Below are positions 14,801 to 25,700 of a stretch of DNA of 64,000 nucleotides, piece after piece; position 1 is the first letter of the stretch, and each line of letters begins with the position of its first letter. The DNA comes from Ophelia neglecta. Taxonomy: Eukaryota. The notes beneath the pieces are model-generated. The model was not told the origin of the DNA, did no database searches, and was given only the letters and a program-made list of their open reading frames with translations. The stretch is taken from positions 72,602,001-72,666,000 of the forward strand of contig OZ260663.1 in NCBI GenBank assembly GCA_965285935.1, written 5' to 3'. The translations under genes were made by a program, and so were the position numbers.

Positions 14801-17800
14801 TTTTTTTTTCTTTTTGATAACAATAAAATCTCATATCTAGTCTCCATGGTTAGGCATTTGTTTCACATAAACATGTATCGAGAAATATGTCGATTACCTT
14901 AACATATCACCCGACAAACTACGAGAAGTATTACGAAGTGTATTATTCAATATTATAGACTATCGAGTAATACTATTTGTCAGGCTATATATCTTTTTAA
15001 AGCAGATATACGAATAACAATATAATGAAACGACTCATTTTTTGAGTGAATATGGACAGGCTGTGCCAAATTGTATGTTTTTGCGACAAGAACATTTGTT
15101 TTCTTACAAGCTACATGTATACCAGACATAAGCATGCCAAAAAAGTATTTAAGCGTTCTGACAAGCATTTTATTTAGCAATCCTGAAATGTCAAAGAATT
15201 ACATTGAAGCCAGATGTGTTTCGGTTGAGGTAGAAGGTCAAACGACTTACAGAAGGCAATGATAGACAACAATTTGGCACAAACCAGACCTCAGGATATA
15301 CGGTATCATCTGTCAGTACAAAAAACGCGAAAACTATTGCAATTTTAAAACTAAGCGATTTGTTATAATGATATTCAGATGCAGTCCCTTGCAGCGATTT
15401 GACATCGACATTGAGAGCAACATGCAAAAACATTGCCTGTGTGGATAGCATAGCATATCAGCCACGATTTTGTTTTTCCTGTTAAGAAACAACATCATGT
15501 TTTGTTCTTTATTTTCTACGAGAGGGCTCACTGAAATGTTCACCAAGTGGACGAAACTAAACTCGACTTGCACAATGAAAACCAAACTAGTCTTGGTATT
15601 TTCTTCTTGGGAGAAAGGAATGTGAGATGCACAAAAGAGCTTCATAAAGATTCAACGAATCCCTTGCAGCAACGATCTGCCTTTAGAATCGAGACATCGA
15701 ACCCTTTCAAAAAGCGTGACATTTTGTAGATTTATCCTAGGCTATAGGCAGCGGACGGATAAACATTAATGTAAGCAGTCTGCATTATGCTTTGCACCTT
15801 ACTTCAAGCAAATCAAGCAAATGCTCATAAATTCGATGAATAATAGGCCTACTTTATGTTCCAATTGATCTGTTCACGAGAAAAGTATAGATAACCTCTG
15901 ACATATCCAAGCCATAGAAATTTCTTTTTTAAAGGTTTCGTGATGGACGTAAAATCCGACCATTTTTTTCACATTTGAGATTCATAAGAATAGTAAATGG
16001 AACAGGTTTTTTCCCATAGCGAGAGCCGTGCTTGTGACAATAAATTATATAAATGTAAGTTAGACAGGGTATGGACGTAGACGCATATGATATAAAATTG
16101 TAAAGAGAAGGAGATTAAAAACGAACCGTCTTGCAGTATTCTAAAGCTGATTTGTTATAAATTGCGGAGAGTCGCAAACTTACAAAGGTGTTAACATGAA
16201 CATCGCCGACCATGATGTCCATGACTGATTTGCTCGTCACAACCTGATTCTCCAGGGTACGGACAACACCAAGGGTAAACAAATGTCGTTCGGACAGGAA
16301 GATGCGCAAGTCCAAACTCGCAGGTAATGAAAAAGGATTTCATGCAGGTTTGTTTCAAAGTAAAATTGTCCCTGCTTTTTTATTACCGAATGGCAACATA
16401 ACAGCACAAAGTTTACTTATAGTTGAAGTGCAGAGTAAGTCCCTTCATGGTATATCAAACGGTATTTGATGGGCTCGGACCCAGGCCTACAAATGCTTAT
16501 TTAGCGACAGGATGTAATGTATCTATAAAAGGAGTCATTCAGTGATTATTTTACTAACAAATTTTGTCACAAAACAGATGACCTATTCACCTTTAAAAAT
16601 GCGGCATTTTTTCACTGACTAAGTGTGAAACATTGATTTGTGGGACATCCTTCAGATGGCGTCTCACTTGCGTGTCTACACGAAAAACATGAGTTTATAC
16701 CCTGCAGACAAAGCAAACTCGTTAATCAAGAAACGTCCATAAGATCGGTCGGAAATCATCAGAAAGCAGCGGGTACAGGCTGCTAAACGTTTAATGTAGA
16801 CCGTCGGCCTCGGCAGTAGGACAGCTACCAAAGCATGCTATCACAGCTTAATCCGCCATTCTTGAGACAATGTGCTTCTAAGATTTTATAAGCAATTCCC
16901 TCACTACTCTTCCCTGACTACTTCAGACATGGCCCTTGCCAACCGCCATCTTGGAAAGTTCATAACGTTATATCGGATACGTGACATGCAGATTTCTTCC
17001 TGCCTGTTGAATGTGACCCCATTGACCATCTGGCTCTCCAATGGCGGATGCACTAGACCCTATAACTGTGACATCACATCCAACGCGCAATGCCGTAACC
17101 ACTGATGAGAAAATGTCACCGAACGCCAGCGGGCAAACTGCAGGGCACAGATATTATTGGACAAGGAAAGGTGAATATCGTTATATCAAAAATCTATAAT
17201 AATAAAAAAATAATGCTAATTCAATTCTGCCCAAACCCGAGACGTCTTAATTCGCTTTAAACAATCTTCTCCTCAATCAGACTAGCCATAAACACGCGGA
17301 TATCCCCAGAAGTTGCGAAAGCGCCACCTGCGTAGTGTACACGTAGTATACCATTCTATCTAGCAATCGAGAGCAATAAACAGTATTATTTAATTCTGGC
17401 ATATCTTTCTTATACCATATATGATAAAACTATCCATCATAAAGTTAGCTTTGAGTCAGATATCAACAAGGTATGTTATCGCTTCTGCGATAAAATACAT
17501 ATATAGTGCGCCAACCAGTCCTTACAATACTAAAATATTCCTAAATGACAAAATTATGTTCGCGAAGCTTCTTCTCCGCCATTGTTGACTGTTCTATTAC
17601 GTACTTTTCAATCATTTTTCATACAAAATACCAGATAAGAGACAGGGATATATGTATAAGATATGCGAGGTAATAATATTGTAGCTTAATGAGTAAGTTT
17701 TGGGGACAGGGTTAGAGTTAAGAATGAAATGCTTCAGTTAGGTTGTTAGCAAAACCCGACCACTAACCCTGTCGCAACCCGTGTATATCTTATTTCCCTT

Positions 17801-20379
17801 GGATCTCCTATCAGGTTTTACAGTACGCCTTTTTGTCAAGCCTTTCAGTGTCAAGGCGACCAAATGAGTCCAATCTTATATATCACTGGTACTAGTTACC
17901 GCTGGACAAAGTAGTACCTGAGCCGCACCCAACTGGGTTTGGCCAGACCGAACAAGGTTTAGCAAAACAAATGACAGCTAATTGGGTCTGAGAGGTTGTT
18001 TACATCTCAGTAGCAGGAAATATTTGTAAACAGCTGACAGACGCGTGCACTATGGGTGGCACTATGGACGCCGCCTGTTAATCATACCATTAAGTCACGT
18101 CGGAAGTCGGTTTGGTTGTGCCATCACCAAGACAACGTGCACCTGGTAAATATATCTTATAATTCCCGTTACAAACTAAATTATAGACACCTAGTTTATT
18201 TCCCAAAATCAACCCTGTATAATCTTTCACCATTGAAAACACGATTTGAACTATTGAATCGGGTAGGCCTTCGTGGCTTATAGTGAGGCAACGTGTATTG
18301 TTTGTATCGAAAGATAAAGGGCTTCTCGCAGCAGGCAATGCATGCCTGGTAGAAATTAAACCATCCAAACCATGCAGCTCGGCTTCGGAGCTGTGTGCTG
18401 AAAAAGTCACCATATGATTTGGACGTTCATCGGTCTACATGGAACCTGATAGTGAAATGTTAAGCCGCCATTTACACGTGTTTTTTAAGTGTAAAAGAAT
18501 TAGGTTCCCCTGGTGTTCTCGTTGTAACGACAACTTTGAGTATAATCAACAGTGACGGGGGCCCTATTTTATCAAGGGTATACATTTCCAGGGAGGATTA
18601 AACCGTGCTGTTCAGCAAAGTTATATTAGCCATATACAAAAAAAAGGAATATAAAGGTAAACGAGAGTTGACATTTTGTAACCGCACTGAGAAATAAGAT
18701 AAAGCGTTCGGTTCATAGTAAGGGGTCTATAATTCACATTTTTTCGTACAAAAAAAGAGCGAATCCATTGCGCTCCAATCCCTTGCACTTTTCAAACAGC
18801 AAAGAAAAGGTTAAATTCTTAGCTGGGCTTGGTCGAATGAGCTGATGATAAGCTTTATACACTATGCCCTTTACTAATGTACATTGATTCAAACATAGTG
18901 GGTATTTTCAGGGTAAAACTAGACTATTTCTTGTCGTATTATAATAAGCTATTATACCTCATATTAGTCTCCAAGTTCCCCTATTATTCTATTACTAATG
19001 AGACCTAAGACAAACCCAGGATACAATCTCTAGACGCCTCAGTAAGAAGGTATTTGGAGCACAGCCACTATCAACAAAAACATTCCATCTCAGGCCCAAT
19101 TTATAAAAAGAGTTTCCAAACATACAAATCGACCAGAATGTGTAAGAAAGCACCGTCTTTGTTTGGCCCCGAGGGTATTGCGAGAATCCAAATTAGCGAT
19201 TGGCTTCTTTTTCTTTTCCCTTCTACCTATTTTACCTGAAGCTCTCAAACATAACGCGGTTTTGTATATTTTCTCAATAGCAAGCTCCACGGTATACATG
19301 ACACAGCGGAAGTAACCGGCTTGAGATTTTCTATGTAAACGCACGCAAATGTTTATTATTGTTTGTGCTAAAACATGAAATTTATCTGGCACTTGACACT
19401 CTATCAAGAATAGCTACCTGAGTAGCTACCTCTGTTTTGTGTGTAGGAGGTTTTCCAAACGATATGCAGTAGTACAGGTGTGTAGAACTTCGACTGCGTT
19501 TCCCATTTTTCGCTTTTCCCCATCAATTTTACAGTCTTTATCAAAATTAATAACCATTACGACACTTGATCGTCATGATGTTCCTTGTCCTCTCCCTTTA
19601 GAGTGTAGAAAAGTTTCGATCTTGCCTACCTCCAGCATTTAATTTTAATAAAAATGATGTATAATATATCTCTACTCGTAAAGAGCACTATCGTTCAGAA
19701 ATAAGAGACGAGGGTTTTAGTTTTTCATGGAACTACACCGGCAACCTGTCCAGTCGTGGGCCATATTCTGACATGCTCTCCTGAGAGTGTATATTGAGTA
19801 CTCTCTCCAGTTAATCGCCCCCTGAAATTGTTCACTCTCCACAGGCTTATCCCGAAAGGCTTTTGTCGTAACGCGCTGGTAGTTGAGCTGGCCATTACGC
19901 AGCTTATTGGACGATTTTTCACCTGCTCAGCGCTAAAAGAAATCACCTACAACTCCTGAATAAAATTAAACCGGTACATTTCGGCACAGATTAGAGGTAC
20001 AGTGCTTACACTTAACTGGAAAATGAAAGCATTCCCCTCCCCACCGTACATTAATGTGTGTATACAAAACGGAGCTCTGTGGTCTCACAGTTGCTGATGG
20101 TTGCCAGTCCAAGATCAAGGGCGAGCACTAATAACCGAGGTGTTTTTGATGAACTGAACTCGATCAGGTCTAAGGAGTTTTATGTTCCTGAAATGCAAAG
20201 TGTATAAATCGGTTCTAGGAGTGTTTGTTTTCAAATATTATAACCTTGCCAGGGGGGATTTTTTTCCCAAGAGAAGCACGATTTTCAAAGCTATGACCAA
20301 AATGTTCCAGCTGATGACTGAATAATTGACTAATAATATAGAAGTAAGCAAAAGATATCATTCCAGTACAAACCTATAT

Positions 20380-21000
20380 TACGGTAGCCCATCGTGCGAA
20401 ATTTGTAAGGGTAAAGCTCCAACAATTACGCGCGCCTCGTGGACGGCATCATTTTCCTTACACCCCAAGGTGAGTGAATCTGTTTTATCTACCAATGTAT
20501 TGCTTGGCAGTCTTTGTGTAATACATTAAACGAAAGTTAGGAAATTCGTTGTCAATCCTGTGTACTGGTTTGATTTATCGAGATAGCTATTTGTGAACAA
20601 TTCTCGAGCAACATCAAGCGTGGGCGATATTAGGAGAAATAACACCTTAAGTTCCCGTTGCTGTCGGCTTGGTGCACTTTTCGAACCTGAAACTTAATTG
20701 ACAGTAGCTACTGATAACTGTTAACATGTCCATGGTATCTGCTCAGTTTAGAATGATGCGGTTTTTTTATCCTAGCCGTTCAAATAAGTTTTCGATGCGC
20801 GTGTGTGTAAGGGCACGGCGCGCGTGTAAGAAAGGGCACTAGCCGAGAAAAGGGAACGTAAAAGTAAGGCAACGCACTTTCTGTGATTGTTGCTGTTCAG
20901 TTCCTGGCTTAGAAAGTGGTTCTTTTGCAATCTTTTACGTACAAATGGTCGACCTTTGCCAAGAAGTCACTGATTTTAAGCCATGTTTTCCATAGACTCA
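20380..21000 (+). repeat. Left terminal inverted repeat (~621 bp)
   Basis: Aligns by eye to the reverse complement of 28139-28759 with about 16 differences, only 2 of them in the outer ~380 bp. Similarity ends after CCATAGA(C/A)TCA. Confidence 0.95.
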
Positions 21001-21228
21001 AGTATTCTTTTTATAATGTTTAAATAGCGCAATACTATATTGAATGTTTAGCCTGTTTCATGGTTCTTTTATAAGACTTAGCCTATAATGCCATTTGCAA
21101 AGAGCGATATCTATATATGATCGGCCCATTTTATCTATTTCACAATGTTTTGTGAAATATATTTCACTGTATCTCTCAGCGTTAATTTTAATAAACGATA
21201 TGTGCATGTTTTTTGGCATTTCAGAATC

Positions 21229-21884
21229 ATGGAATTCCTTGAAACAAGTGTCCACGAGGTGCATGGTGATGATGTATCGTATTCCTGCGATGAATGTGAT
21301 TTAAAACGCCCAAGTTGTCCAATCTGAAGAGACACTGCTGCCGCATGCACGGCGAGAAAGTACATGGTTGTACACAGTGTGACAAAAAGTTCGCTCTCAA
21401 ATCAGATGCCATTTATCACAGTGCGGCACATACAAGAAGTTACCTCTGCAGTTCCTGTGGGAAAGGGTATGCTAGCAAACATGGTTTACAAGCCCATATG
21501 GACACTGTACATTCATCTGCGGGTTTGAGGTGTAAACTATGTGATAAAACATTTGCGTTCCAGTGCCAACTAAAAGACCATATCAATGCTCACCATGAAA
21601 TACTCATGCACTCATGCCAATTTTGTAATAAAAAGTTTGCAACGAGGTCATCTGTGTGTAATCATCGGAAGATTTGCCACAAAAATCCAAAGAAAGAAAT
21701 TCATCCTTGTTCCAAATGTGGGAAAAAGTTCAGTTCCAAGGAATATCTACGGAAGCATGACATTGGTAAACACAGCCTCAAACAGTTTCGCTGCCCATTT
21801 GAGGATTGTCAGGAAGTGTTCAACTGGCCACAAGGTCTCAAAAAACATAAAAAAAAAACACACATAACATTGGACTGTATTTAA
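21229..21884 (+). CDS. Tandem C2H2 zinc-finger protein (7 fingers), second gene of the transposon; 1-nt frameshift near 21307 in finger 1
   Basis: ORF 21315-21884 contains six complete C2H2 fingers. The upstream frame from ATG 21229 (MEFLETSVHEVHGDDVSYSCDECDLK) supplies the CxxC half of the finger that ends KLSNLKRHCCRMH. Only 5 nt separate the halves where 6 are needed. An acceptor-like TTTTGGCATTTCAG ends 4 nt before the ATG. Confidence 0.8.
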
Positions 21885-22316
21885 GTGTCATTACTAGGAA
21901 CGAGAGTCATATATATTTATAGATAAATTCGTAGACGCATATACATAAAATGTTACCCTAATTGTTATGGCTGCTGTGCACTAAAAAGCGTGCCTGCAAG
22001 GTATCGGAAACCGGAGGCCCTATGATCAAGTTTTAAGTTTACAACGGCAGAATTGTCTATATTTTAAGTTGCGTTTCTCGTTTATGTTGACTTTAAACTT
22101 TTTAATTCACAACTACATCTGTATTTTATTGTTCGATAGCTACTCTAGTAGAAGTTTAAGCCTTATACTTTTGTCTTATTGGTGATTAATCAAACCAAGG
22201 ATGTCTGGTATACAGCATACCACGTCTTCGTGACATATTTTTGATCATTGAGTCAGTTTTTTTTACCTTAATTGAGTTATTTACTGATTGATGTGATATG
22301 ATGAAGGATAATATAC

Positions 22317-22325
22317 TTTATTAAA
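22317..22325. terminator. Candidate overlapping bidirectional polyadenylation signal (TTTATTAAA)
   Basis: AATAAA on the minus strand (22322-22317) overlaps ATTAAA on the plus strand (22320-22325), midway between the two convergent stop codons (21884 and 22783). Confidence 0.4.
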
Positions 22326-22782
22326 TGGTGCTTAAAATATTTAGAATCATTAGGTACAAGCTTTTTAAATGTATTATCAAATCACAGACCACTAACTCTG
22401 ACCGGTGCAGTGTACTTCCCTTCGTAAAAACGCATATTGTGTTCACATTATAGAAGTTGAATGCACAAATACGAAGAAGACAGGTCATTTCGAGAAAGCA
22501 TTTACTAGTACAATTGATTAACAAGACTTATATATAATCGACAGTATTAACATTAAAGTTCGTTCAGGAATCGATAATTCGAGCCATGTGCTTTTTTATG
22601 ATGTTTTTTTTTGTCAATGTTCGTTCAGCAAAATAAAGTTTGTTCATAAGTTGTGTTATACAATAAAATGGAAAAATGTTCTACTTCTTCTCATATTACA
22701 TGTTAACAAATATGTATGTGCTATCAAGCCGGCGTATCTTCACAGAGAAAATCATATCCACCGGGTTTTCACTTGGACCCAC

Positions 22783-25700
22783 TCACACTCTTTGGTGAGA
22801 CATAAGTTTCGACTCATCGGTCTTATAATACTGCCGGACTCCACGAGCGCCTCTAGACGGGGAGTCCGGCCCATGTATCCTGGAAGACTTTCGCTTCTGT
22901 TGACGCTGCGAGCGCTCCTTCTTGTCAAACATATGATCCCTGTTAAAAGAAAGGAAATCTAGTTCACTTGTTGGTAATGTACATTTCTGCATACAAATAA
23001 ATTAAAAATTCATTTGAACAAAATGGAATTAAATTGGGATTAGCACCTGACAGCAATTTGATTGATGCACAAGGGGTCAATTCTACCACACGCTTGCTCT
23101 TGGGATTGTGCCGTATCCATTGGACCTGTCAAAGTGTCGTGTTGTGAATAGACTCGCTTTTTTGAGGTCATCAAAGAAAATTTTCTGCAATGAAATACAT
23201 TAGTAAATACGTTTTTTGTGTTAGAGCAACAGCACAAGTCAGTTAGTTAATTTCTGTACGAAAATAGTACCTGTTTGGGTCCAAACGCATGTGTATGATC
23301 TCACAAGCACTGCTGAGTGCTGGTTTAATCTCGTGTGGCTGAAGGACCCCAGAACCAGAGGCATGCAAATCCTGAAAGGTGCTAAAAAAGTGTTCGCCGT
23401 CAAGGCTACCTATAGCACGAGCATTGTACGACTGCTTGTCTAGCAAACCAAATAATTGTATGCGCCTTTCAATCCCAGTTAACAGACCCTCGTATAACAC
23501 CACTGGGATGTCCTTAACGTGACTGGTATAGGGGGAAAAGTGGCTGAAATCAACGTCTCGGAGAAGCCATGCTTTAAGATCCAGCAACCACTCTGTTCTC
23601 TGTGTGACTGAAATTCCGGGACTATCAACAGATGCATATGCATGCCTTATGAGGCGACAAAATTCTGCTTCCTCAAAATCACCATTACGTGACATAGCCT
23701 CTTCCACTTCGTCAGTGAATAGGGCTGACGCGAATTCAGGAGATTGTTTGTCAACCGTGCAGTCTTCTACAATTGTCCTCTGGAGAATGTGTTTGGTTTC
23801 ACTGCTTTCTGCCACCCTAAGCCATGCGGATTTGTATATGTTCGCCTTCTGCATTCCATTCTTGCAAATCTTTGATCTGAATCCAGTAAATTGGTGATAA
23901 AAATCTAAAATGAACAGGCTGTACTCAGCTATGGAGGGTATGTATTCCGGCCTAGAATACCAGTGAATGGGATTGTATTGAGAGTTTATTCCCTCGATGA
24001 TGATGCCATCTTTGAAAGGAAGTGAGGCTTTCCAGTCCTGCAAGGTTTTGTGCCAAGTATACTCTGCCCAAACTGCACCAAGTTCGTCCTTCGGTAGTTT
24101 CTGCAACAAACTTTTTAGTACATCACATACTCTATGTTTTCTAATCTTATTTTCTGAGCTTTTCAATCTCGAAGAATCTCCGTATTGCAATGACAGGAAG
24201 TTACATATGCCTTTCTTGTCATTCTTTGATAGCTTGAAGCCATTTGCTCTAATTTCATCCAACACAGGATCAACTATCTTCTGTAGGTCATTCAAAGTGT
24301 ACATTTCATTTATGATTTTAGCTGTGCGTAAGGACATCTCAAACATGTCAAAACTGTCAGCCAGCACAAGTTTCTTCTCCAAGTTACGTTGCCGACGACT
24401 AGGCTGTCTTGACTTAAAATCACCTGAGAACGAATTCCACATGCTTAAAAGATGTTTTTGTTGAAGATGAAAATGTTGCTCATCATTACCTTCTTGCTGG
24501 TTGGTGTTGTTACCTGTGACATCATCTATATTTTCTTCCACATTTGCCTGTTCAGCGTCTTCACAAATTCCTAGGCTATCGCCGAATGATGAACCTTCAG
24601 GGGCAGTATCCACCCAATTGGCAGTTGATACGGCTGAATATTGATCTTGATCTGTCTGCATCAAATAATCCACTAGATGATCATTTTCCACCAATACATC
24701 CCCAAGGTCTGTTTGTAGCTCATTCTCGGTTTCATGGTTGCTTGTCATGGTTGGTTCTAATGCTTTTTTTATACTAGACCCAAGCTTAATACGTTTCATC
24801 AACGACTGTACTGATGGTTCTTGCCAAAATGGAGAGGTGTCTCCATTTGCGGTCGGGATGGCGAGGATGCCGGAAGCCATGATCACTCGTGGTTGATCAT
24901 CAGACACCTCTGTCTTTAGATCAAATTGGTGTTTTGTCGCATGGGCTTGAAATATGTCCACAATGTTCAGAACTAATTTAGTCTTTTGCTGGGATTTAAC
25001 ATCTTTGTAGTGATCTTTCTGTAATTGTAATATGGTCAAAGGCTGGTTTTGTGAGTCTCTCAGAGCAAGTTTTGCCCACTGACCATCTGAACAGCTGACT
25101 GGGACATAAATGCCTGCATGGTGCATTTTTTGCAGAATTTCATAGTGCATGGCTCTCATCTTATCCGCTGACAATGAATACCCTTTCAGTGCATATCCCA
25201 CAGGGAGTGCATGTGGTGCCTCAGGATTAAAATACCTATCCAAATCGCTTGCTACCCAAAGCAGAACCTCACTTGGTTTCTCCTTCGTTCGTAGGTATGC
25301 TTCTTTTACTATCATCAGACTATGCTCACAAAGCTGTCGCAACTTTACCAGTTGAAAGGTATCTTTGCGGTCTTGTTTATGACGTGAATGGTGCCAGATT
25401 TGGCCTGAAGATGTTGAATCATGTGCACAGGGAACTGCCTGAAGGGAAGGGACTTCACAAATAAATTTCACGTTTGTTTTCATGAACTGCTGACATGCTC
25501 TCTTCAGTTCAACAGATGACGATGGGAACTTGGTTGGTCGTCTTGCTGATGGCGAACCATAAATATCAATGCCCAGTTGAATGATTTGCTTGGTCAATTC
25601 CTCATCGAAATGAATTTCCAGCACGGTTGATGACTCTTTGCTCCAGGAGACGTATAGTAGTTTTTTTGTGTCTGTTGCAGCCATTTCAAGCAGAACTTGA

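Noticed and set aside
14100-15730. Cluster of short ORFs suggesting a decayed gene (also 39159-40568)
   Set aside because: No consistent frame, splice pattern or motif I can identify.
17630-17830. Degenerate inverted-repeat element with GGGTTAG motifs
   Set aside because: Ends and TSD could not be defined.
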